A stretch of 64,000 nucleotides of DNA from Candidatus Bathyarchaeia archaeon. GTDB taxonomy: Archaea > Thermoproteota > Bathyarchaeia > 40CM-2-53-6. Below are positions 19,650 through 29,451 of the stretch, piece after piece. Where the stretch lies: NCBI GenBank assembly GCA_049513715.1, contig JBEKVV010000007.1, positions 29,142-93,141 of the forward strand, given 5' to 3'. The notes below the pieces were generated by a model. That model did no database searches and had not been told where the DNA came from. It saw only the letters and a list, made by a program, of their open reading frames with translations. Both the position numbers and the translations under genes were made by a program. How positions within the stretch are numbered: position 1 is the first letter of the stretch; each line of letters begins with the position of its first letter.

Positions 19650-20190
19650 CACCTCCAATGGTAATGCCACCATTGCATGTTGAAACATTGCTAACCATTC
19701 TTGTACAAGAAAACCAACTAAAACCACTGGAATGACGTGCTATGAACCGTGGGTACTACTCTCAAAAATTGTTGTAAACCATTAACAAGAGCAATGAAAG
19801 AACCCCCGCACCCCTACGCTTCCACTCCAAACACGATATGTCATTTGGTGGATGGGAGTAGGGGAAAGAAAATGTCATTAGTAGCTGCGCAGAAGATGCC
19901 TAAAGTACAATGTGTCAGTTTCTGTATACAACATACTCAATTTTTCCAGTGCTGAATGAATCAAGTGCATTGATAGAATTTATTGAATAGTCCAGTTGAA
20001 ACAGAGGGGTTAGGCTTCTCTATACACCCTTAATCAGTAAGTACTTGTTCGCAAAACATGTGGACAACAGTTGAACAGCACAATTACCCCTTCATTTCCA
20101 GTGCACGGTCTATTTTACCGATGGAAATGACCATACTTATGGATCAACAACTATGTTCAACTTATTACATGTGGACAGCTACTATTCAGT
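19650..20190. other. Replication origin oriC with ORB elements
   Basis: ORBs TCCAGTTGAAACAGAGGGG (19991-20009,+), TGCACTGGAAATGAAGGGG (20087-20105,-) and weaker AGTGGAAGCGTAGGGG (~19811-19826,-) in AT-rich DNA upstream of cdc6. Confidence 0.85.
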
Positions 20191-20199
20191 TGGTCTTCC

Positions 20200-20592
20200 A
20201 TGAAAAAAAAGATCAAACTCGAATTTTTCGATCGCGCCGGCGTTAAGCACAGCGTCGCGATTGAGGGAGACCTTACGATAGACAAAGTGAACCGGCTCTT
20301 GGAATACGCTGAGATTGTTGCTGAGTCAAACCCAACCACGACTCTTCCTCATACCCCACACGAAAGCAAAATGAACCGGCTCTTGGACGTAATTAACACA
20401 AAACTCTCGGACCATAGCTTCGACTCGAAGGAGCTCTGGCAAACCTACAGTGAAACTTGGGGAGACGATTTCAGCTTCGGAGCTGTCTCAACATACCTTT
20501 CACGCCTAGTGGATCGGGGAACTCTTGAGAGAAGTGGGTCTACATCACACTGGCTGTACAGGCTCAAGCCTTCTCCGACACTTTCGCAGTGA
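20200..20592 (+). CDS. Origin-adjacent protein with C-terminal winged helix
   Basis: FDSKELWQTY...GAVSTYLSRLVDRGTLERSG...WLYRL wHTH pattern. Confidence 0.8.
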   Translation: MKKKIKLEFFDRAGVKHSVAIEGDLTIDKVNRLLEYAEIVAESNPTTTLPHTPHESKMNRLLDVINTKLSDHSFDSKELWQTYSETWGDDFSFGAVSTYLSRLVDRGTLERSGSTSHWLYRLKPSPTLSQ

Positions 20593-21262
20593 GTGTTTTC
20601 TCGGCAGACTCAATCGCCGACCGTGCCGTATCAGTCACCTTATACCTAAAGGGAGCATGATTCGACTCCCTGTCGACATACCCCTCTTGGTACAGTTTCT
20701 TCATTAGCCGTGATGTGTGTTCCCGAGATTTCTCAAGTCGCCGTCCCAATTCAGGCGCTGCCTTCGGGCCTTCCAGGCTAAGGATTTCAAGCGTTTGTCG
20801 CTCAGTCGATGTCAAGGAACTCAGAATATCACCGCCACCGATGAATGTTCCAGTCCTTTCACGTTGAGATGTACTTGCTGGAACGGGGGGCGCCTGTTGA
20901 GCTGCTGCGACCTTCGTCTTCAACTGCTCAAGCTCCGAAATCAGTTTCTTGTCATTGGACAGGATCTCCTCAAGCCGGTCCAAGAGCTGCAAATATCCAG
21001 TCCGGAGCTTGGCTTGGTCTTCCTCCAAGTTGCCGTTGCGCTGGTTTAGCGCCTCAAACCCTGATTTGACCTCGTTCACAATCGATTCAGAGACCTCAAC
21101 CCGCGATGATAACGCGTCCACAACTACACTGATCAGAGAGGCTGATTCTGTAACCGCTTGCTTGCTCTGCTTGAAATAACGTACCGTCTTTCTGCCCACG
21201 GCCAAGACGAAAATCAGCACTACAATTGAAGCGGCGTCAACAGCAACAGCGAATGGATCCAA
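20564..21262 (-). CDS. Membrane-anchored coiled-coil protein with C-terminal wHTH
   Basis: N-terminal TM helix, heptad region, then LTSTERQTL...APELGRRLEKSREHTSRLMKKLYQEGYVDR. Confidence 0.85.
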   Translation of the reverse strand: MDPFAVAVDAASIVVLIFVLAVGRKTVRYFKQSKQAVTESASLISVVVDALSSRVEVSESIVNEVKSGFEALNQRNGNLEEDQAKLRTGYLQLLDRLEEILSNDKKLISELEQLKTKVAAAQQAPPVPASTSQRERTGTFIGGGDILSSLTSTERQTLEILSLEGPKAAPELGRRLEKSREHTSRLMKKLYQEGYVDRESNHAPFRYKVTDTARSAIESAEKTLTAKVSEKA

Positions 21263-21269
21263 GGCTCAA

Positions 21270-21569
21270 TGACATCACGTCACCCTGAGTGTTTTAACCT
21301 CTTCGCACAACGTGACATCACACGGCATCAATGACATCACCGTGATGGTGATGTGACGAAGCGATGATGAAGCGTAATCTCACAGTGATGTCACAGAACC
21401 CAACTGCCAGGAGTTTCGCAGCACAGAAACGCCTTGTTTTGAGGTTTCTCGTTGAAATCGGTGGCTGAAAACCTTTCCACCATTCAAAGCAGTGAGTTGC
21501 CATGTCACGTGATGTCACACCTGGGTTCATGATCGGGAAAGCGGAGCTCACATGTCAATGTGATGTCAC
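21270..21569. repeat. Cluster of six TGACATCAC/GTGATGTCA motifs plus partial copies
   Basis: Exact 9-mers at 21270, 21313, 21332 (+) and 21385, 21509, 21560 (-). Confidence 0.9.
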
Positions 21570-22012
21570 AGGATGTCTTTGAAGCTTTGTCGATTGGCGA
21601 GGGCTGAGATGCCTTCCAGAAGTCTATGATTGAGTTGCTCCACGGCGGTTCGATCTGTGGGAGTGTTCTTACGCAATTCTTGGGCGTAGCTTTGGATTGT
21701 GTCGGATAACTCAATGAATGGCTGAAGGGCCGCGTTGTCGAACAAACCAACGTACCCCAGCAGTAAAACGGTGTATATTGAGCGAATTACGTTATTTTGG
21801 GCTTGCAATAGGCTTCGATTATAGGCGCCACGGCTAATTCTCGTCTTTGACGGCCTGAAAAGGGGTCTCTTACTTTTTTTGGCGTCGGTTGATAGGGACT
21901 CAGCCAGTAAGGTTTCCAGTTGGGCGCTGGTCAGTTGACTGTTCGTCAGAAGGAGCTTCGTCACGGGGTCACGTAGCTGGTCGCGAATTGATTCGCGGGC
22001 ATCTGAAGCCAT
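21566..22012 (-). CDS. Conserved hypothetical protein, HTH_10-like DNA-binding signature
   Basis: LTSAQLETLLA...ISRGAYNRSLLQAQ resembles the LT..Q..L / IS......L..A HTH pattern. Confidence 0.75.
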   Translation of the reverse strand: MASDARESIRDQLRDPVTKLLLTNSQLTSAQLETLLAESLSTDAKKSKRPLFRPSKTRISRGAYNRSLLQAQNNVIRSIYTVLLLGYVGLFDNAALQPFIELSDTIQSYAQELRKNTPTDRTAVEQLNHRLLEGISALANRQSFKDIL

Positions 22013-22275
22013 GTCTGGTTGTTCCGAGGTTGGTACTCCCCAGTGGATACGCTTTTGTATTCATTTAAGGCCTTTTCCGCCACCCAAGTTGCAGGCATGA
22101 CCTGTTGGTTCCGGTTCGCGCGACGAGGGCTCCCAACATTCGATCGATCGTCAACGTCCCATCACGGATTTTCTCGCGGCCAAATCACCAGTAAGAAGAT
22201 TGATGTCTACAATATGGAAGCTTGAAATAACCCGCTCCATCATCACACTCTGCAACTAGAGAAGTGGAAGTTAAG

Positions 22276-22542
22276 TTGGGTCGACGGCGAAGAAGGGTAG
22301 TCAAAGTAGTCAAGAAGAAGCTTCCAACAGTATTCACTTGCCCTTCATGCGGCGAAGAGTCGATCCGCGTGAAGCTTCCCCCGGGTGCCGGTATGGCAAC
22401 TGTGCAGTGCGGGTCGTGTGGCTTGAAGCAAGAATTTGAGGCGACACCATCGAGCCAGATTGTGGACATATACTGCAAGTTCACTGACACCTTCTATGGA
22501 AAAGATAGGTCTCCTGCGGAGAATCCCCAGCAAACTGCTTAG
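22276..22542 (+). CDS. elf1: Transcription elongation factor Elf1
   Basis: MGRRRRR..KKKLP..FTCPSC...CGSC...VDIYCKF.D. Confidence 0.9.
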   Translation: MGRRRRRVVKVVKKKLPTVFTCPSCGEESIRVKLPPGAGMATVQCGSCGLKQEFEATPSSQIVDIYCKFTDTFYGKDRSPAENPQQTA

Positions 22543-22617
22543 TATCAGTTTGGCCCTTACGAAATGGCCTCTCAGTGTTAAATCGGGGCAGGGCATCTTC
22601 TAGACTAGGCCACTTCA

Positions 22618-25600
22618 ATGGGGGAAACGGTTCTCAGTGGAAATGATGCTTATTTCCAACTATTGAAGAGCCAATTCGATGAAATATACGACCTTGCGCG
22701 ACAGGCACGTGCGAAAGGGTTCGACCCTTCACGTGAACCGGAATCACTCGTCACACATGATGTGGCGGAGCGGGTTGAGAAGGCAGTAGGACCAGCGGGA
22801 ATCGCGGCCAGGATCCGCGAGCTCTCACTTCTCATGCAACGAGAGCTTGTGGCGCTGAAAATCGCGGAGGAAATCTCTCTTGGAGGCTATGCTGTTGATG
22901 GGGAGAGAGCCGCTGAACAAGCTGTGAGAACCGCCTCCGCGATATTGGACGAAGGTATAACCGCCGCGCCGATTGAAGGCATCTCGAGTGTCAGAATAAA
23001 GCAGAATCAAGACGGATCAAAGTACTTAGCCGTTTACTTTGCCGGCCCCATCCGGTCTGCCGGCGGAACCGACATGGCTCTCATTCTGGTAATCGCAGAC
23101 TTCGTTCGACACGAGTTGGGTTTGGGAAAGTACAAGGCCACTGAGCTGGAGGCCAAGCGTTTCGTAGAAGAGTTGCGTCTCTATGAACGAGAGGTTGCAC
23201 GGTTCCAGTTCAAAGTATCAGACGAGGAGCTATTCAACGCTATCATGCGTCTGCCTGTTGAAGTAAACGGCGTTGAAACCGACCCGTTTGAGGTTAGCGC
23301 CTACCGCAATGTTCCAAGAATAGACACAAACAGAGTGAGAGGCGGGGCTCTGAGGGTTGTTCATGATGGACTGATTGGGAGGAGCCACAAGGTCCTCAAA
23401 GTTGTGGAAGGCCTGAGCATTGAAGGATGGGGCTGGCTGAGGGAAATCAAACCACCAGTACAGGAGGCCGATGAAGCACGTGAATTCATGTTCATGGAAG
23501 ATGTCTTGGGAGGGCGGCCCATCTTCTCATTCCCCCAGTTTCCAGGCGGTTTCCGTCTCAGATATGGCAGGGCACGAAACACTGGACTAGCCGCCATTGG
23601 ATTACACCCATCAACCATGATCGCCCTAGGCAAGTTCATCGCAGTTGGAACGCAATTACGATTGGAGAAACCAGGAAAAGCGGGCATAGCGGCATCGGTT
23701 GATACAATAGAGCCCCCCATTGTCAAGCTCAAAGATGGCTCCGTTGTCAGACTTTCAGACCCACATGAGGCAGAGGAGGCAATTGATTCCATTGAGATGA
23801 TTCTATTTCTCGGTGACCTGCTGGTGGGCTTTGGAGAATTTCTTGAAAACAACCGTCCACTCCTACCATCAGGTTTTGTTGAGGAATGGTGGGCTGAACT
23901 AGTCAAGCTGCGTTCGACCGCACCCTACGGCGGGGTAAAGGATTTGTCAGAACACGTAGGAATCGACCGGGAGCGATTATCGGGATTCATGGAAAACCCG
24001 GCGGACTTCGCACCCACTGTGGAAGAGGCGCTGCGGTTCGCGAAGGGTTCAGAGGTACCTTTGCACCCCAAGTACACTTGGTTCTGGGATAATATCGACC
24101 CCGCCGATTTTGACTACCTACGGGCCCGATTTGCGGATTCAAACTTGACCAATCTATCACGGGAACACATCTCCACAAAGAACGAGTCACGAGTGAAGGC
24201 GATTCTGGAAAACCTGTGCGTACCGCACAAAGTCAAAGACGGCAGTATTCACCTTGACGACGAGTCTCCGATTATGCACGATTGCCTGGGGCTATCTTCC
24301 CCTCTAGGAGCTATAGAGGGTAAGGATGTCTTCGAGAAAATACTGCATGCAAGCGGCATGCGAGTAATGCGGAAAGCCCCTGTATACGTAGGCGCCAGAA
24401 TGGGTAGGCCAGAAAAAGCGAAAAGGCGCGACATGCGCCCCGTCGTTCATTGCCTATTCCCGTTGGGCTTGGCTGGAGGGGTTAGGCGGAACGTAATCGA
24501 AGCCGCAAATGCGCACTCATTGATTTCGGTTGACATTGCATTCCGAAAATGCGCCAAATGCGGCAACGTGACCCACTTGGGACTCTGCGAAAAATGCGGG
24601 GAACCCACCAATCAGGCATTTTGGTGTCAGAGGTGTGGGGCTGAGAGTAAGGAGAAAACCTGCCCATCGTGCAAGGGCAAGGCCCAAGCTTATGATCGAC
24701 GGAGTGTCGCGCTTCGGGACCTCTTGACCTCGGCCGAACGAAGGTTGGCGCTCACAGTCGTTCCGGAAGCAGTAAAAGGAGTGCGGGGCCTCACAAACGA
24801 CACGAAGACCCCAGAGGCCCTAGAGAAAGGGCTGCTGCGAGCAAAGCATGATGTGTCAGTTTTCAAGGATGGGACAATTCGGTTCGACGCGACGAACGCG
24901 CCGCTCACCCATTTCAATTCGAAAGAAGTGGGAGTTCCAGTAGACAGGCTAAGGCACCTAGGTTACACCCACGACATAACTGGCAGACCCTTGGAATCTG
25001 AATCACAATGTGTTAACCTCAAAGTTCACGACATAATCGTCCCTGGACAGTGCGGAGACTATTTCGTCAGCGTAGCAAAATTCCTCGATGAAATGCTTCA
25101 AACATTCTACGGCGTGCAACCTTTCTACCGAGCAAAAAGTAGGCAGGACATGGTAGGTCAGCTTGTTGTCGGGCTTTCTCCCCACACCTCAGTTGGGGTA
25201 ATCGGCCGAATAGTGGGGTTCACACAGGCAAGCGTCTGTTTCGCCCACCCGTTTTGGCATGCTGCCAAGAGAAGAGATTGTGATGGCGACGAAGATTCAG
25301 TTAGCCTCGCCCTTGACGTACTTCTCAATTTCTCGAAGCATTTCCTTCCATCAAGGATTGGGGGAATCATGGATGCACCTATCCTTCTCACGGTGGCGAT
25401 GAAACCGAGGGAAATTGCGCGCCAAGCCTTCAATATTGAAACCCAAGAACGCTTACCTCTTAGGTTCTACGAAGAAGCATCGCGACGGGCCGACCCAAAG
25501 GGTTTGGCCGCACTCATTGAGACCGTTCAGGCCCGCCTCGGAACCGAAGGAGTGTTGGAGTCACTTGGCTTCACGCATGGCGTGAACGATGTTAACAGTG

Positions 25601-26037
25601 GGAACCTGGAAAGCGTGTACAAGAAGCTGGGTTCAATGCTGGACAAAGTTACATTGCAGCTGAAGTTGGCGGAGTCCATCAAAGCCGTAGAAGCCGGGGA
25701 GGTTGCGAAACGAGTTCTTTCGACGCATTTCATGAGAGATCTGGCAGGGAACCTGAAAGCTTTCGCAGGGCAAAAGTTTCGTTGCACCAAATGCAACTCG
25801 AAATTTAGGCGCGTCCCACTAAAGGGAATATGCACTAGGTGCGGTGGAAAACTCTCACTCACGGTCTACAGGGGCGGTGTGGAGAAATACTTGACCGTAG
25901 CCCAAGACTTGATCAAACGATACAACATCGGAAAATACCACGAGCAACGCGTGCTTCTCCTTCGGGAGGAAATCAAATCCCTCTTTAGCCAGCAGGAGGA
26001 AAAGAGGAAACAGCCATCTTTGGCGCAGTTCGTCTGA
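22618..26037 (+). CDS. DNA polymerase D large subunit DP2
   Basis: AGPIRSAGGT, FRLRYGRARNTG, catalytic KRRDCDGDED, Zn fingers, C-terminal PIP-like QPSLAQF; no intein. Confidence 0.97.
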   Translation: MGETVLSGNDAYFQLLKSQFDEIYDLARQARAKGFDPSREPESLVTHDVAERVEKAVGPAGIAARIRELSLLMQRELVALKIAEEISLGGYAVDGERAAEQAVRTASAILDEGITAAPIEGISSVRIKQNQDGSKYLAVYFAGPIRSAGGTDMALILVIADFVRHELGLGKYKATELEAKRFVEELRLYEREVARFQFKVSDEELFNAIMRLPVEVNGVETDPFEVSAYRNVPRIDTNRVRGGALRVVHDGLIGRSHKVLKVVEGLSIEGWGWLREIKPPVQEADEAREFMFMEDVLGGRPIFSFPQFPGGFRLRYGRARNTGLAAIGLHPSTMIALGKFIAVGTQLRLEKPGKAGIAASVDTIEPPIVKLKDGSVVRLSDPHEAEEAIDSIEMILFLGDLLVGFGEFLENNRPLLPSGFVEEWWAELVKLRSTAPYGGVKDLSEHVGIDRERLSGFMENPADFAPTVEEALRFAKGSEVPLHPKYTWFWDNIDPADFDYLRARFADSNLTNLSREHISTKNESRVKAILENLCVPHKVKDGSIHLDDESPIMHDCLGLSSPLGAIEGKDVFEKILHASGMRVMRKAPVYVGARMGRPEKAKRRDMRPVVHCLFPLGLAGGVRRNVIEAANAHSLISVDIAFRKCAKCGNVTHLGLCEKCGEPTNQAFWCQRCGAESKEKTCPSCKGKAQAYDRRSVALRDLLTSAERRLALTVVPEAVKGVRGLTNDTKTPEALEKGLLRAKHDVSVFKDGTIRFDATNAPLTHFNSKEVGVPVDRLRHLGYTHDITGRPLESESQCVNLKVHDIIVPGQCGDYFVSVAKFLDEMLQTFYGVQPFYRAKSRQDMVGQLVVGLSPHTSVGVIGRIVGFTQASVCFAHPFWHAAKRRDCDGDEDSVSLALDVLLNFSKHFLPSRIGGIMDAPILLTVAMKPREIARQAFNIETQERLPLRFYEEASRRADPKGLAALIETVQARLGTEGVLESLGFTHGVNDVNSGNLESVYKKLGSMLDKVTLQLKLAESIKAVEAGEVAKRVLSTHFMRDLAGNLKAFAGQKFRCTKCNSKFRRVPLKGICTRCGGKLSLTVYRGGVEKYLTVAQDLIKRYNIGKYHEQRVLLLREEIKSLFSQQEEKRKQPSLAQFV

Positions 26038-26046
26038 GTTGGTGCA

Positions 26047-26322
26047 ATGTCCAAACGATCTGGAGTTAATCCGAAGGCTTACTTGACTTCAAAGCGCAAT
26101 GTTAAAGCGGGTTTGGTTTCGCGGTCAAAGATTCTGTCCGCGCTCGAGCGGGGACGCATGACTACACCTGAAATAGCAAAGGAAACCACGCTATCATACA
26201 ACTGCGTGGCTTATCATCTCAAAAGTATGAAAAAAGACCGTTTGGTGGAAAGAGGATCGAAGACGAGGCCATTTACTTGGAGCCTGACCCCGTACGGACA
26301 ACAAAGACTGCCCACACAATGA
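26047..26322 (+). CDS. Winged-helix DNA-binding protein
   Basis: TTPEIAKETTLSYNCVAYHLKSMKKDRLVER. Confidence 0.8.
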   Translation: MSKRSGVNPKAYLTSKRNVKAGLVSRSKILSALERGRMTTPEIAKETTLSYNCVAYHLKSMKKDRLVERGSKTRPFTWSLTPYGQQRLPTQ

Positions 26323-26416
26323 ATGATTGAATCTGGGCAGATCCACAAACATACTAATTACCCGCCCCGTTCTATTCCTCAATTTGGTATGCAGGTCCAA
26401 ACGTGAGCGATGCCTG

Positions 26417-27184
26417 ATGCAAACAGAGGTTCGGTATTACCAGGAGCCCCAACTCAGCAAACCAGTAATGATCTGTGGGCTTCCGGGGATCGGCTCGGTC
26501 GCTTGGTTGGCGGTTAACCACCTCCAGAAGGAACTCAAGGCGGAGCTTTTCGCCGAGATTTTCTCTCCCATGTTTTCGCCTAAGGTTTGGTTAACAGACG
26601 ATGGTATCGTCAAGTTGATGAAAGGTGAGTTCTACTTCTGGAAGAACAAAAGTCCTGCACCAGACCTGCTGCTCTTCACCGCGGATGAGCAGCCGTATTC
26701 GCCTGAAGGGCAATATGAGTTGGCGGACGTGGTTCTGCAGCTCGCCAACAAGTTCCAAGTCGCGAGGGTGATTACGATGGGTGGAATGGCAACGGATAAG
26801 TTCACTGAAGAACCGAAAGTGTACGTTGGAGCAACCGATGCTGACCTCGTGAAGGAGTTGGAAGGTTATGGTGCAGTGAAACTTGCAGGTGGAGCAATCA
26901 CTGGAAGCAACGGCTTGATTTTCGGGTTAGCAAAAACGCGCAATCTGCCTGCGATTTGCCTTCTTGCCGAGACACCTGGCTATCTCACGCTTGACGCCAA
27001 TGCAGCGAAAGCCGCTCTGCGATTGTCGATGAAACTATTCAACACGTCGATTGACTTAACCGCACTCGACAAACAAGCAAAGGAGAATAATGAAGCGGTG
27101 CGGCGCGCGAAGGACATGTCTCGGGGAACGTTCCCGCACGAGGGCAAAAAAGGTGGAGACAGGGAACTCCACTACGTGAGCTAG
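26417..27184 (+). CDS. PAC2 family proteasome assembly chaperone
   Basis: GLPGIG.V, ITMGG, G.ITG.NGL, CLLAETPG. Confidence 0.9.
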   Translation: MQTEVRYYQEPQLSKPVMICGLPGIGSVAWLAVNHLQKELKAELFAEIFSPMFSPKVWLTDDGIVKLMKGEFYFWKNKSPAPDLLLFTADEQPYSPEGQYELADVVLQLANKFQVARVITMGGMATDKFTEEPKVYVGATDADLVKELEGYGAVKLAGGAITGSNGLIFGLAKTRNLPAICLLAETPGYLTLDANAAKAALRLSMKLFNTSIDLTALDKQAKENNEAVRRAKDMSRGTFPHEGKKGGDRELHYVS

Positions 27185-27206
27185 AGTTTCCCCCGTAGGG
27201 TTGAGC

Positions 27207-27362
27207 ATGAAGGTAATGTGCAACCAGTGCGGCAAGATACTCAACCTTATGCAGTCGCAATCTTTAGCCATTCAAGAAGATGGGCAGCTGAAGACCTTCC
27301 ACTTCTGTTCCGAAGAGCACATGAAAGAATACTCAGTGAGAAAGGGCTTAGGGAAGGATTAA
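27207..27362 (+). CDS. Small TRASH/YHS-like metal-binding protein (51 aa)
   Basis: MKVMCNQCGK...HFCSEEH; below ORF-track cutoff. Confidence 0.7.
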   Translation: MKVMCNQCGKILNLMQSQSLAIQEDGQLKTFHFCSEEHMKEYSVRKGLGKD

Positions 27363-27409
27363 CTGTTGACAATCCTAATAGCAAGCCCCGGTTAAGCTGG
27401 ATTATTCAA

Positions 27410-27706
27410 ATGTCTACCACCGAAGACCTGAAGTCTGCGTCCGCGATTTTCGGGGCACTCGGAAACCCGGTTAGGCTTCGAATTCTGTTGATGCTCATGG
27501 ACAGTAAGAAGCCTCTGCACATAACCGCAGTCGCCAGCAACCTGAAGATGGATTACGGAGGCGTGTACAGGCATGTTGAAGTCCTCAGGGACGCGGGTTT
27601 GCTTCAAGTATACGAAGTGGGAAGGTCTCGTGTCCTTTCACCTATGAACGTGGAGTTGCTTCGCGATATGATTGCGAGAGCGAAAACTTTCACAAAGAAA
27701 CATTGA
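27410..27706 (+). CDS. ArsR/SmtB family transcriptional regulator
   Basis: FGALGNPVRLRILLML, VYRHVEVLRDAGLL. Confidence 0.85.
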   Translation: MSTTEDLKSASAIFGALGNPVRLRILLMLMDSKKPLHITAVASNLKMDYGGVYRHVEVLRDAGLLQVYEVGRSRVLSPMNVELLRDMIARAKTFTKKH

Positions 27707-27807
27707 TGGTATAATAAATAACTCATAATACCATGTTTATTTCGTAAGTTTGTCATAATGGAAAGGTTAAGTAGTTGAGGCCTTTTGTGCGCATTTTTGT
27801 GGTTTAG

Positions 27808-28497
27808 ATGGCGGAGGGGTTGTTTGCAAAGCGCAGTGTCGGCCTTACAGGAGCTGCGATCTTAGGAAGCCTAGCCGCAATTTCGGAAATTATCATTCCA
27901 GCCAATATCCAACCATTCTTCCCGATACTGCCATTCTTGCGCTTTGACCCAGCCGAACTGTTCTCAGTATTGGCCTTCCTGATATTTGGTCCGATAGCGG
28001 CCTTGATTTCGGCCACAGTCCAATGGATATTCCTTATGGCTACAGGAATCGACACGCCGCTAGGCCCGACTGTAAAGTTCGCGGCAGTCTTGTCAACTTT
28101 AATTGGACTTTGGGTAGGCAGCGCGCTGTACCGTCAGTTTGGCGGGCGTTTTCGGCGTGTATCCTTAGCCTTGGGTTTCATGCTCGGGTTGGCAACTGTG
28201 GCTCGAGTTGGGGTGTTGCTGATTGTGAACTATTTCGTTTTCACGTTTATCGGGCCAGTAATCTTTGGAATAGACTACCTTGGCTTTAGCCAACGTACAC
28301 TCCAAGCGACTCTAGGCTTGCGGTTCGCAGGACCGTGGCAGGTTCTGATGTCGATGCTCTTCTTCACGAGTATATTCAACGCGATGCACGCTGTATTTTC
28401 GGTCGTTGTTCCGTACACAATCTTCACACCGTTGACATTGAGGGTTCCTGAGATTGCTTCAGAGCACCCATGGATTAGCAGATTTTCCAGAAAGTAG
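27808..28497 (+). CDS. ECF transporter S component
   Basis: FP..PFLRFDPAE motif, multi-TM. Confidence 0.8.
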   Translation: MAEGLFAKRSVGLTGAAILGSLAAISEIIIPANIQPFFPILPFLRFDPAELFSVLAFLIFGPIAALISATVQWIFLMATGIDTPLGPTVKFAAVLSTLIGLWVGSALYRQFGGRFRRVSLALGFMLGLATVARVGVLLIVNYFVFTFIGPVIFGIDYLGFSQRTLQATLGLRFAGPWQVLMSMLFFTSIFNAMHAVFSVVVPYTIFTPLTLRVPEIASEHPWISRFSRK

Positions 28498-28524
28498 CTG
28501 TAACCAATCGAACAGGGCCAATTC

Positions 28525-29451
28525 TTGATCGTAGCGTTAGCCGGGGGAGTTGGAGCGGCAAGGTTCCTCGAGGGCTTTGTCCGCGTGGTTCCGCAAGAAA
28601 AAGTCACAATCATAGGCAATGTCGGAGACGACATTGAGATTTACGGGCTTCATGTTTCACCAGACTTGGACATAGTTGCGTACACATTGGCCGGGTTAGT
28701 GGATCCAAACAAAGGATGGGGATTTCGCGGAGACACTTTTCATTGTCAGGAAATTCTTTGCAAATATGGATACGAGACTTGGTTCCACATTGGCGACCGG
28801 GACATGGCCACACACCTGTATAGGACCCAACAACTTCGCAGAGGAAGTCGGCTCTCGAAAGTAACACATGACCTCGTCCGAAGCCTTGGGCTTCGAGTGA
28901 AGTTGTTGCCTGCCACGGACGATCAATTAACGACATACGTAACTTCGCGGGGAAGGCGCATGCATTTTCAGGAATATATGGTCAAACGAGGAACGAGGCC
29001 AAGGATCGATAGGGTGATCTTCGAGGGCGCAAAATCAACCGAACCTGCTGATGGGGTTCTTGAATCAATTACCAGGGCAAAAGGTGTCCTTGTTTGTCCA
29101 AGCAATCCAATCGTCAGCATTGGCGCGGTTCTCGCAGTTCCAAAAATCAGGGCCGCTCTACAACGTGCCAAAACGAAAGTGGTGGCGGTTAGTCCGATCA
29201 TTGGTGGGAAAACTGTGAAGGGACCTGCTGACAAATTGATGAAATCACTTGGTGTTGAACCGAGCGCGTTTGGTGTAGCTGAATGCTACCGCGACTTTCT
29301 TGACACAATCATCATAGACCGTGTTGACAGAAAGCTCGCGCCAAAGATAGAGGCTCTCGGAATCAAAGCTACCGTCACACAGGCACTCATGAAAACAATG
29401 GCTGACAAAGTCAGATTGGCTAGGCTGGCATTAAGTGAAATAGAAAGTTGA
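28525..29451 (+). CDS. cofD: 2-phospho-L-lactate transferase
   Basis: LAGGVGAARF, NVGDD, SPDLD, GDRD.ATH, PSNP.VSI. Confidence 0.95.
   Translation: MIVALAGGVGAARFLEGFVRVVPQEKVTIIGNVGDDIEIYGLHVSPDLDIVAYTLAGLVDPNKGWGFRGDTFHCQEILCKYGYETWFHIGDRDMATHLYRTQQLRRGSRLSKVTHDLVRSLGLRVKLLPATDDQLTTYVTSRGRRMHFQEYMVKRGTRPRIDRVIFEGAKSTEPADGVLESITRAKGVLVCPSNPIVSIGAVLAVPKIRAALQRAKTKVVAVSPIIGGKTVKGPADKLMKSLGVEPSAFGVAECYRDFLDTIIIDRVDRKLAPKIEALGIKATVTQALMKTMADKVRLARLALSEIES

Noticed and set aside
21270..21569. CRISPR array
   Set aside because: Repeats are only 9-10 bp, irregularly spaced and in both orientations; no cas genes.
22618..26037. Intein in DP2 (or in Cdc6)
   Set aside because: Lengths and motif spacing are normal and no intein terminal motifs were seen.
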